Source: Macrostomum lignano
Taxonomy: Eukaryota
DNA length: 64,000 bases
Assembly: GCA_002269645.1 (NCBI GenBank)
Contig: NIVC01001092.1
Span: 152,136 to 216,135 of the forward strand
Direction: 5' to 3'
Shown piece after piece: positions 12,701-22,708 of this stretch. How positions within the stretch are numbered: the stretch's first letter is position 1; the number at the start of each line of letters is the position of its first letter. Under the pieces are notes generated by a model, which had not been told where the DNA came from, ran no database searches, and was given only the letters and a program-made list of their open reading frames with translations. A program made the position numbers and the translations under genes.

Positions 12701-15001
12701 TCGGCGCCTGCCTTGGCGGCAACGGCACCATCATTGGCGCGTCGGCCAATGTTGTTGCCGCCGGCATCGCGGAGCAGAACGGCTACCCGTTCACCTTTGT
12801 GCAGTTCTTCAGGTGCGCTGGCGCTGATCTTGTCAAGGACTAATCAAGTGGAAGGACGGGAAACTACGTTTCTATGAAAATTTTAGGAGGCAGGCTTTTT
12901 CTGAAAAAAATACATTACGGAGATAGGAGGCAGAAACAATATTCATATTTTGATATGTCTGTCCTTCCTTATAGCTCTATTGATATACAGATGAACACTG
13001 GGTCGGCCTCCTATCGAAAGAAATAACAATTTTTGTGCTGAAAAAATGAAGACCGATCTCCGTAATGTACTTTTTTGAAAAAAACCTGCCTTTAAGTTTA
13101 CCAAGAAACGTGGTTTCACGTCCTTCTACTTGAGTAGGCCTTGGATTTTGTGTGGGAAGGGAGGGGAGTGAATTTCCAAGTGAAGCAAGCATATGTTCTG
13201 CTCGAGCTGCACTCAAAAGTTTGAAAAATTCCTCAGTCATACACACGACTATTTACTTTGCGAGCGCATGTTCAAAAGAGAGTTAAAAAATCCAACTTGC
13301 CTACTGACAACAGTAGAGCAAACGGAGCATTTGCTGCCTGTGGCCGGACTGCGAAACCGCAGTTAATTGGCTTCCGGATTTCGGCTTCAGTGTTGAGTTT
13401 CTTGCCCGAGCTGTCAGCTCAGCCTAAATTTTTCGGGAGCTCAGAGAGTATCGAGGATAATAATCCCTACTTGTTATTGCTGCTTGAATTCCCAAAAGGG
13501 ATTGAAATGGGCTTGCCTTGAACTATTCGAATATTTATTCGCTGGCACATGGCAACCGGTAGATAAATCGATTTTACAAGCTCGAAGCTTCACATTGTCG
13601 AAAAGTCTGACTGGTAAATTTCGTCAGCTCAAACCTTCACATTTCGATAATGTGAGTTTTGTCGAGCCTGTGTATCTTCAAGCTTGTGAATCTTCGAGCT
13701 TGTGAAACTCCCAGCTTGTGAATCTTTGGGCCTGTGAACCGTTAAGCGTGTGAATTTTTGGGCCTGTGAACCGTTAAGCGTGTGAATCTTTGGGCTTGTG
13801 AATCTTTGGGCCTGTAAACCGTTAAGCTTGTGAATCTTTGGGCCTGTGAACCGTTAAGCTTGTGAATCTTTGGGCCTGTGAACCGTTAAGCTTGTGAATC
13901 TTTGGGCCTGTGAATCTTTGGGCCTGTGAACCGTTAAGCTTGTGAATCTTTGGGCCTGTGAACCGTTAAGCTGGTGAATCTTTGGGCCTGTGAATCTTTG
14001 GGCCTGTGAACCGTTAAGCTTGTGAATCTTTAGGCCTGTGAATCTTTGGGCCTGTGAATCTTTGGGCCTGTGAATCTTTGGGCCTGTGAATCTTTGGGCC
14101 TGTGAACCGTTAAGCTGGTGAATCTTTGGGCCTGTGAATCTTTGGGCCTGTGAACCGTTAAGCTTGTGAATCTTTAGGCCTGTGAACCGTTAAGCTTGTG
14201 AATCTTCGAGTTTTTGAATCGAGGTTATGAAGCTCCGAGGTTGTGAATTCCTGAAGTTTTGAATCTGAGGTTGTGAATCTTCAAGCTTGTGAATCTTCTA
14301 GCTTGTGAATCTTCCGGCTTGTGAATTTTTGGGCCTGTGAACCGTTAAGCTTGTGAATCTTCAAGCTTGTGAATCTTCCGGCTTGTGAATCTTCAAGCTT
14401 GTGAATCTTCTAGCTTGTGAATCTTCAAGCTTGTGAATCTTCTAGCTTGTGAATCTTCAAGCTTGTGAACCGTTAAGCTTGTGAATCTTCAAGCTTGTGA
14501 ATCTTCAAGCTTGTGAATCTTCAAGCTTGTGAATCTTCAAGCTTGTGAATCTTCTAGCTTGTGAATCTTCAAGCTTGTGAATCTTCTAGCTTGTGAATCT
14601 TCAAGCTTGTGAACCGTTAAGCTTGTGAATCTTCAAGCTTGTGAATCTTCAAGCTTGTGAATCTTCAAGCTTGTGAATCTTCAAGCTTGTGAATCTTCTA
14701 GCTTGTGAATCTTCAAGCTTGTGAATCTTCTAGCTTGTGAATCTTCAAGCTTGTGAATCTTCAAGTTTGTGAATCTTCAAGCTTGTGAATCTTCGAGACT
14801 GTGAAAATTTTAGCCCATGATTTTTAAGGTTGTGAAGTTTCAAACTTTGGGATATTCGAGTTTATAAAACGCCCCCAGCAGATCTCTTAATTGCTCACCC
14901 GGCATTGCAGGGTCGGATTTCCAATGATGGTTTGCACAGTGACAATTGCCATGCTATACCTGCTAGTCTGCCACTCGCTGATTGGCTGGAACTATTACTG
15001 A
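6759..15001 (+). CDS. OCA2: OCA2 / P protein (ArsB/NhaD-family anion transporter), 9 exons, ~770 aa
   Basis: Exons 6759-7151, 7252-7324, 7628-~7776 (donor uncertain), 7925-8013, 8826-9354, 9879-10291, 11822-11930, 12344-12812, 14911-15001; phases are consistent. Motifs: [66 protein letters not shown]-terminal acidic dileucine signal EKTPLL. One -1 frameshift at ~10089. Confidence 0.95.
7369..7555. mobile_element. Short non-autonomous hAT-like element (MITE) in OCA2 intron 2
   Basis: Terminal inverted repeats CAGGGGTCGGCAAACT (7369) and AGTTTGCCGACTCCTG (ends 7555), 1 mismatch, plus subterminal GGGCCGGA repeats typical of hAT ends. No matching 8-bp TSD. Confidence 0.7.
8125..8790. repeat. Intronic minisatellite, 41-bp unit CATAGACAATGTACATCAAATCAAACCTACACCCACCGCCC
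   Basis: Period 41 (AGACAATG at 8221 and 8262) with degenerate terminal units; OCA2 intron 8014-8825. Confidence 0.96.
10400..11682. repeat. Intronic minisatellite, 13-bp CAGCATCACTTGA interspersed with 10-bp CAGCATCATA
   Basis: Direct tandem periodicity; OCA2 intron 10292-11821. Confidence 0.97.
12120..12322. repeat. Intronic minisatellite, 17-bp unit GATATCGCAGATTGGCA
   Basis: Tandem units ending ~20 nt before the acceptor at 12343. Confidence 0.93.
12843..13134. mobile_element. MITE with ~80-bp imperfect TIRs and TA target duplication (Tc1/mariner-type)
   Basis: Left arm TA|ATCAAGTGGAAGGACGGGAAACTACGTTTCT..AGGCAGG..AAAAAATACATTACGGAGAT. Right arm ATCTCCGTAATGTACTTTTT..CCTGCCT..AGAAACGTGGTTTCACGTCCTTCTACTTGAG|TA. 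TA at 12841-12842 and 13135-13136. Confidence 0.8.
13670..14805. repeat. Intronic minisatellite built from GCTTGTGAATCTTCAA (16 bp) and GGGCCTGTGAACCGTTAA-containing units
   Basis: Tandem periodicity with a unit switch near 14200-14280; last OCA2 intron. Confidence 0.96.
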
Positions 15002-15450
15002 ACTTGGCGTGCCAACCAATCACTAAACTGGTGACTGCGACTTTTTCATCTTTTTGTGTCTTCCAATCAGGTTCAGATTTTTATTCAGGTACTAGAACAA
15101 ATTTAACAATTGATAATTCCTCCACTGTACATTTATAACTTATGCTCGCACCGACTGTTTGGGGCTGTTGCTTTGCGAGCATTCAGAACTGGTTTTATTT
15201 TTGAATTGCAAAGATTTTTATCGTGCGAGCTAGAGTTTCGATTTATAATTTTACTGTTTTTATTGTGTTCATTAATTTTTTCAATGAATTTTATACTATG
15301 AGTAAGATTTTGTTTTAATTGTAAAAGCTGCGAGTCAAATTGTAAAACAGAGGATCCATTAACCCTGTCAGATGTCAGTAAATGTGTCAGTAAGGTGTCA
15401 TACACTTTTCCGTGTCGGAAAACACTTTGGGTGCATTCGATTGATTCAGA

Positions 15451-16690
15451 TGTCAGTAGTTAGTTCAGGTGTCATTGAATGAGTCATAATGCTATTGTAT
15501 TGATTCAGGGTGTCATAAAATGAGTCAGGCTGTCATAAAATGAGTCAGGCTGTCATAAAATGAGTCAGGCTGTCATTAAATGAGTCAGGCTGTCATTAAA
15601 TGAGTCAGGCTGTCATTAAATGAGTCAGGGTGTCATTAAATGAGTTAGGCTGTCATTAAATGAGTCAGGCTGTCATTAAATGAGTCAGGCTGTCATTAAA
15701 TGAGTCAGAGTGTCATTAAATGAGTCAGGGTGTCATTAAATGAGTCAGGCGGTCATTAAATGAGTCAGGCTGTCATTAAATGAGTCAGAGTGTCATTAAA
15801 TGAGTCAGGGTGTCATTAAATGAGTCAGGCGGTCATTAAATGAGTCAGGCTGTCATTAAATGAGTCAGAGTGTCATTAAATGAGTCAGGGTGTCATTAAA
15901 TGAGTCAGGCGGTCATTAAATGAGTCAAGCTGTCATTAAATGAGTCAGGCGGTCATTAAATGAGTCAGAGTGTCATTAAATGAGTCAGAGTGTCATTAAA
16001 TGAGTCAGAGTGTCATTAAATGAGTCAGGCGGTCATTAAATGAGTCAGGCTGTCATTAAATGAGTCAGGCTGTCAGTAGTTAGTTCAGGTGTCATTGAAT
16101 GAGTCATAATGCTATTGTACTGATTCAGGGTGTCATAAAATGAGTCAGGGTGTGATTAAATGAGTCAGGGTGTCATTAAATGAGTCAGGCTGTCATTAAA
16201 TGAGTCAGGCTGTCAGTAAATGAGTCAGGCTGTCATTAACTGAGTCAGGGTGTCATTAAATAAGTCAGGCTGTCATAAACTGAGTCAGGGTGTCATTAAA
16301 TGAGTCAGGCGGTCATTAAATGAGTCAGGCTGTCAGTAAATGAGTCAGGCTGTCATTAACTGAGTCAGGGTGTCATTAAATAAGTCAGGCTGTCATAAAC
16401 TGAGTCAGGGTGTCAGTAAATGAGTCAGGGTGTCATTAAATGAGTCAGGCTGTCATTAAATGAGTCAGGTGGTCATAAAATAAGTCAGGCTGTCATTAAA
16501 TGAGTCAGGCGGTCATTAAATGAGTCAGGCGGTCATTAAATGAGTCAGGATGTCAATAAATGAGTCAGGCGGTCATTAAATGAGTCAGGCTGTCATTAAA
16601 TGAGTCAGGGTGTCATTAAATGAGTCAGGCTGTCATTAAATGAGTCAGGCTGTCATTAAATGAGTGAGGCGGTGATTAAATGAGTCAGGC
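15451..16690. repeat. Minisatellite, 20-bp unit TGTCATTAAATGAGTCAGGC
   Basis: Period 20; nearly every unit has TGAGTCA. The entry block at 15451 is repeated at 16071. Confidence 0.97.
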
Positions 16691-17664
16691 GTCACAAAAA
16701 TGAGTCGGGTACACTGAGACGTGCCCCATTGTGATATCCGGGATCTGGCAGTGCATGGGCGAGCTGTGCAGCTGTGAGTGGAAATTCGTGACTGAGTTGC
16801 AGCCGCCTGGATTTGATTTTCGCGCGGCAGCCGTCAGTTGCGCCTGAGCAGTCTCAGTGACCGGGCGCTCTTTTTGTGCAATCAAATTTCCTCAGCTCAT
16901 TTCTTTCGCCTTTGATCTGCAAATAATAATTATTTATTTATCTTTATAAAAAATGTCCAAATGTCGAAGTCGCAGTCTTTAATCAGGTGCAATTTTTGTC
17001 TTTGATTCTGCCCATTTTTTGTCACGAATTTTGGCTTGATTCTGCTAGTAAGTATTCGACGTGTACTGAGCCCGCCGGGCTGCATCTGCAAAACAACCTT
17101 GCTTTGTCCCTAGATTTTTTCAGTCAGACAAAATCAGACCAAATTTTCAGATTAAACCTCATGTACGATTTTTTAAATTCTTGTTGGAATTTTGTGCGCC
17201 CCGTCTTTCCGTGTAAGAAGCGAACTGCACTTGAGAAAAGTGCCTCTGCTAGCAAGAAGCGGGTTGAGAAAATGTAAACAAATACAAAATGGCTGTTTTC
17301 GATTTTATAGCATAATACATCCTGTTTTGATGGCTTCATTGTTTTCAATTATCCTTGGCATCCGTTTCCCATCCGATTGGGAAAAGCGCTCACTAATTAG
17401 GAGACCTATTATTCGAATGTGAATGCTCAAGATTCCTATTGAAGTAATTTCATTTCGGTGGCTGAAGCTGCTCGACTTGAGTCACGCCAATTTCTGAAAA
17501 GAGCAGTTTGACACTTCGTGAGCGGTCGATAGGGGGATTTCAATGAGGCAGAAATCGTTTGGTTTTCTGATTTGTATGTATCCGTTTGCTTTAGAAGAAA
17601 CTGTCTATTGTTTGAGAAGAAACTGTCACACACTGTCACACTTGAGAAGAAACTGTCACACAAC

Positions 17665-18140
17665 TCAAATTGTGTGAGGCGCCAGGGAAATTGTGTGAGG
17701 CGCCAGGGAAATTGTGTGAGGCGCCAGGGAAATTGTGTGAGGCGCCAGGTAAATTATGTAAAGCACCAGGGAAATTGTGTGAGGCGCCACGGAAAATGTG
17801 TGAGGCGCCAGGGAAAATGTGTGAGGCGCCAGGGAAACTGTGTGAGGCGCCAGGGAAACTGTGTGAGGCGCCAGCGAAAATGTGTGAGGCGCAGCACGGA
17901 AAATATGTGAGGCGCCACGAAAAATGTGAAGCGCCATGGAAATTGTGTGAGGCGCCATGGAAGATGTGAAGCGCCAGGGAAACTGTGTGAGGCGCCAGGG
18001 AAATTGTGTGAGGCGCCAGGTAAATTGTGTAAAGCGCCAGGTAAATTGTGTGAGGCGCCAGGGAAAATGTGTGAGGCGCCAGGGAAAATGTGTGAGGCGC
18101 CAAGGAAATGTGTGAGGCGTTAGGGAAAATGTGAAGTGCC
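17665..18140. repeat. Minisatellite, 21-bp unit TGTGTGAGGCGCCAGGGAAAN
   Basis: Tandem units; explains the repetitive ORFs at 17572-18253. Confidence 0.95.
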
Positions 18141-18542
18141 AATATTGAAGATGTGCGAGGCTCAGAAGTTTTAAGACGCCATGGAAAGTGTAAAGTGCAA
18201 TTACAACAGCGAATATTTAATTTTTGACAGTCTGGCTCGCACAACTGGTACATTTTTAGGCCACATGTGCAACTCAGTCGCTAGCAATTATGACAGTCTT
18301 GGACAACCGCGGGAACTGGAGTGAGATCGTGCATGCTCAAACCCCAGCCTATAGCTACTGCTAGCTAGATAGGCAAATATGATTGGCCTCGGCATAGAAA
18401 TGGGAATACGCGGCTCACAATGTATATTGAGCCATGCCAGTTATTTAGACTGAATTCTGTGCGCCTTCGTACTGATCTCTCTGGCAACTTGACTTTACTT
18501 CTGTTGACTTCTGGCCTCTCTAGAAAGCAATTAGCAGGGATC

Positions 18543-19973
18543 ATGATCGAAGACTCCAACGCCTCGGGTCCAGCAGCGCAGCCAATAGCAGTGTGCTCAG
18601 TTGAGCACGCATCCGCCAGTGCGGTCGTCCGCCTGGCCGAGTGGCTCCTCTGCGTGCTGGGCGGCCTGCTCATTATCGGCGGCGTGGCCGGCAACTCCGT
18701 CAGCGCCTACCTACAGGCGACCGAGCGGTCACACCGCGGCACCACCCGCTTCCTGATGGTCTTCCTGGCCCTGGCCGACTGCGCCGTGCTGCTGCTGGCC
18801 GTCACCAGGTACTGGCTCATCGAGACCATCGGCCTGGACATCCGGGACCTGCACCCGACCGTCTGCCGGCTGCACCAAGCCGCCGTGGCCACCGTCAGCG
18901 ACCTGGCTGTGTACACCCTCTGCGCCCTCGGCGTCGAGCGCTACCTTCTGGTGGCCTTCCCGCATTCTGCCGGCCGCCTCATCACCAGGCGCAGCTTCAC
19001 GGCTGCCTTCGGCCTTCTGGTTGCCAGCATCGCGGCCAAGAACTTGCCGATCGCCTTCCACCGCTTCACCGTCAGCTGCGTGCGCATCCTGCAGGCCGCC
19101 GCCGCCGGGCCGACGCTGACGGCGGAGATTCCGCAGACGCTGAACCAGTCGCAGCTCGGCCAGCCGCCGTACGAAGCCTACCGACTGCTGCCCACCCGCT
19201 GCACCTACGACCGCAATTTCGGCAGCTGGTTTGCCAAACTGGACATTGTAACCTACCTGGTGCTGCCCTACACCATCCTGCTGCTGTGCAACTTCTATAT
19301 CTACGCTGTGGTGCGCCGCAGGCAAGCCCTGGTGGCCTTCACTGCCACCGCAGCCGCCGCCGCCACAGCCGCAACATCAAGGACTGGCGTCGTCGGCAGA
19401 GGCACCGCCAAGCCGAAGCTGCTGCGCAGGGCCGCCGAGTCGAGCCGGAACCGGGAGACCGCCACCCGCCTCCTGGCTGTGCTGACCGTCATCCACATCT
19501 GCACCACCTTGCCGGCCTCCGTCGGGCAGCTGCTGAAGGTCACCAGCTGGCTGCCCTGGTCTGACGCTGCCCGGGTCACTCTGGACTGCCTGAAGACGCT
19601 GATGTTCGCCAACAACGCCACAAACTTCCTGGCCTACTTCGCCTCGTGCAGCGGCTTCCGATGCCGCGTGATTCGCTGCCTCGGAGGCGGCTGGCAGAGC
19701 CGACGGCGGCAGCGGCGGCGGCAGCAGCTGCAGCAGCAGCGGGATCGGCGACGGAACTCAGACAGTCAGCCGAAGCACCAGCAGCGAGTCGCTGAAGATG
19801 CCACCGAGCTGCGATCTTCGGCTGTACCGCAGCACCAGAAGCCGGCCTTGGCGACGCCTCAGTCGCACTCGCGGTTGCTGGTGACCGCGGACCTGCCGCC
19901 GCCCTCCTGGGCAGCCGCTGGCGGAACCGAGTCGGTCGGGGACGAACGGGAGCAAGCAGATGTTGAAGACTGA
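18543..19973 (+). CDS. Intronless rhodopsin-family (class A) GPCR, peptide-receptor-like orphan
   Basis: ORF 18420-19973; likely start ATG at 18543 (MIEDSNAS, N-glycosylation sequon) after an AG acceptor at 18536-18537. Seven hydrophobic segments with GN in TM1, LALAD in TM2, ERY, the TM3/ECL2 cysteines, LP in TM5 and NNATNFLAYFASCSGFR in TM7. Confidence 0.9.
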   Translation: MIEDSNASGPAAQPIAVCSVEHASASAVVRLAEWLLCVLGGLLIIGGVAGNSVSAYLQATERSHRGTTRFLMVFLALADCAVLLLAVTRYWLIETIGLDIRDLHPTVCRLHQAAVATVSDLAVYTLCALGVERYLLVAFPHSAGRLITRRSFTAAFGLLVASIAAKNLPIAFHRFTVSCVRILQAAAAGPTLTAEIPQTLNQSQLGQPPYEAYRLLPTRCTYDRNFGSWFAKLDIVTYLVLPYTILLLCNFYIYAVVRRRQALVAFTATAAAAATAATSRTGVVGRGTAKPKLLRRAAESSRNRETATRLLAVLTVIHICTTLPASVGQLLKVTSWLPWSDAARVTLDCLKTLMFANNATNFLAYFASCSGFRCRVIRCLGGGWQSRRRQRRRQQLQQQRDRRRNSDSQPKHQQRVAEDATELRSSAVPQHQKPALATPQSHSRLLVTADLPPPSWAAAGGTESVGDEREQADVED

Positions 19974-21064
19974 CTTGATGAGGGAGGAAAGTTGTTATGA
20001 TGCCACTTGCCTTTCTCCTCTTCAAATTCTCATTAAAATTTTGAGATTTTTCAAACGCTTTCTTCTTCTCAGTACGTTCGTATAATCTGCAGCCGCGGCC
20101 TCCATCGCACCTTCTCTCCGTCCTAAGCATGCAGCTGTTGAACTTCAAGAACCCTCAGCGTTTGGCCCTCTTAATTGGGTGCACATTTTACTGATACAGG
20201 CCGAAAAAACCTGTGACTTTAGCAAAAAAACACGTTTCTTAATTCACTTTTTCTCGTTAACTCTCTTAGAATTACTTACAAGCTAGAGATCAGCAATGTG
20301 TAAATAAATTTTGCTGCTAAAGGTTGAGAATAGATAGAAGGTTTTCAGTTACTTGCAGCCAGTTTTTTAAGTGTATTTCTTTTCGTCAGGTTTTTTTCTA
20401 CGACCAAGTTTTATGTGTTATGGCTTCTCGTGTGCAATGATTTGATTAGAGATCGCTAATTCGAATTTTCTTAATGATTTCAATCAACCCCGGTCAAAAC
20501 ACACAAACCGTGTTTGCTCGATTTGAAATCTGGGAGAGCTCAAGGTGGGCTGGATATTGTCTATCAATTTAAGACTAAAACACCGTCAAAACTTGTTGCA
20601 GGCTTATTTAAATTTCGGTTCCAAGGAAAGTAACTTCCGGCACTTGTTTCGGTACCGGTACTTTTCTAATTTTAAAGAACCGCTAATTAAAAAGTGCTAA
20701 ACCATTTCCTAGCGAAAAAAAACAAAAACATGTGTCCAGAGTAACCATGCACTCTAGTTTAACTCTACTATTGTTATCACATCCAAAATTGGAGTGAATT
20801 AAACAAAACTTTTAGAAAACAAAGATTACTTATCGTAGCAGTATATCAGGATGCTACATCTACAGAAAAAAATTTGGAGGCCGATTTTTTAATGTTTATT
20901 CTGACTTCAGAAGTATGTACGGAGATAGTTTTTGGCCAATAGGTGTGTCACAATGAGTAAAATACTTCAGCCAACTTTTACTTTGTGTGGCTCATTCTCG
21001 TCGCCTTACTGGTACTTTGCCGTAGTTTACAGCAGCTATTGTTACAGTAGTAACGGTATATTGC

Positions 21065-21421
21065 AGGGGGGCCGTAGCCCAGCGGTAGCGCAGGCTCTGG
21101 TGTGCCAGCGACCCAGGCTCGATTCCAAGTGCAGTCACATTAATTTGGGGCTGAATTGGAATCTCGGCTTGGCTCTGCTCGTGCAATTGACGGCCTTGAG
21201 AGCCAACCCCCCCCAAGGCGCAGTGAAGTGTACATGCCTAACGATAAATGAAGTTAGGGCCGCTGTACACTCCTGTGTGTGTGTGTGCCTGCGTACGTAT
21301 CCGCGCGCTTGTATGCCTGCTCAGGGGAGTCGGCGGAATGGGCAGTAATGCCTCTCGCCGGTTGTGTGACAATGTCGCTTAAAGTGCGCCAGGGTGCACA
21401 CAACCCCCGCCTCTAATAAAA
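21065..21421 (+). mobile_element. Full-length tRNA-derived SINE with a 13-bp TSD
   Basis: 5' GGGGGGCCGTAGCCCAGCGGTAG (A box), GGCTCGATTCC (B box), A-rich end CTAATAAAA. Flanked by the identical repeat AACGGTATATTGC at 21052-21064 and 21422-21434. A second copy lies at ~59173-59500 (-). Confidence 0.9.
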
Positions 21422-21594
21422 AACGGTATATTGCTGATATTGCGGACTCATACAGAATCAATGATAATCTCCTAGCAGAGTCAATAGAGAGATTACTCTT
21501 ACTCTAAAAAGAGCCAAAAAGTGCCACCTAAAAAAAGTAACTTCCAGTACTAAAAGAGCCGGAAGTGCCAAAACTGCGTACGCAATAGCCAATA

Positions 21595-22708
21595 GCCAAT
21601 AAAAATCAGATGTCTCTGGGACCTGTCCAGGGCCGCCATGCCAATAACAATGAGATGTCTCTGGGACCTGTCCAGGGCCCCATGCCAATAACAATCAGAT
21701 GTCTCTGGACCTGTCCAGGGCCCCATGCCAATAACAATCAGATGTCTCTGGGACCTGTCCAGGGCTGCCATGCCAATAACAATCAGATGTCTCTGGACCT
21801 GTCCAGGGCTGCCATGCCAATAACAATCAGATGTCTCTGGGACCTGTCCAGGGCTGCCATGCCAATAACAATCAGATGTCTCTGGACCTGTCCAGGGCCC
21901 CATGCCAATAACAATCAGATGTCTCTGGGACCTGTCCAGGGCCCATGCCAATAACAATCAGATGTCTCTGGACCTGTCCAGGGCCCCATGCCAATAACAA
22001 TCAGATGTCTCTGGGACCTGTCCAGGGCTGCCATGCCAATAACAATCAGATGTCTCTGGACCTGTCCAGGGCTGCCATGCCAATAACAATCAGATGTCTC
22101 TGGACCTGTCCAGGGCTGCCATGCCAATAACAATCAGATGTCTCTGGACCTGTCCAGGGCCCCATGCCAATAACAATCAGATGTCTCTGGGACCTGTCCA
22201 GGGCTGCCATGCCAATAACAATCAGATGTCTCTGGGACCTGTCCAGGGCTGCCATGCCAATAACAATCAGATGTCTCTGGGACCTGTCCAGGGCCCCATC
22301 CCAATAACAATCAGATGTCTCTGGGACCTGTCCAGGGCTGCCATGCCAATAACAATCAGATGTCTCTGGGACCTGTCCAGGGCTGCCATGCCAATAACAA
22401 TCAGATGTCTCTGGGACCTGTCCAGGGCTACCATGCCAATAACAATCAGATGTGTCTGGGACCTGTCCAGGGCCCCATGCCAATAACAATCAGATGTCTC
22501 TGGAACCTGTTCAGGGCCCCATGCCAATAACAATCAGATGTGTCTGGGACCTGTTCAGGGCCCCATGCCAATAACAATCAGATGTCTCTGGGACCTGTTC
22601 AGGGCCCATGCCAATAACAATGAGATGTCTCTGGGACCTGTTCAGGGCCCCATGCCAATAACAATCAGATGTCTCTGGAACCTGTTCAGGGCCCCATGCC
22701 AATAACAA
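21595..22708. repeat. Minisatellite, 43-45-bp unit CCATGCCAATAACAATCAGATGTCTCTGGGACCTGTCCAGGGCTG
   Basis: Tandem units; explains the repetitive ORFs at 21458-22839. Confidence 0.97.

Noticed and set aside
17572-18253. Cys/Lys- or His/Pro-rich repetitive ORFs (CEAPGKL..)
   Set aside because: Products of the 21-bp array, open in several frames, with no splice or start context.
18420-18542. N-terminal extension of the GPCR ORF from ATG 18420
   Set aside because: AT-rich and intron/UTR-like, ending in an AG acceptor just before the better start at 18543.
21066-21135. Possible tRNA gene
   Set aside because: A and B boxes are present, but there is no complete cloverleaf. It continues into a repeated body with tail and TSD, so it is a SINE head.
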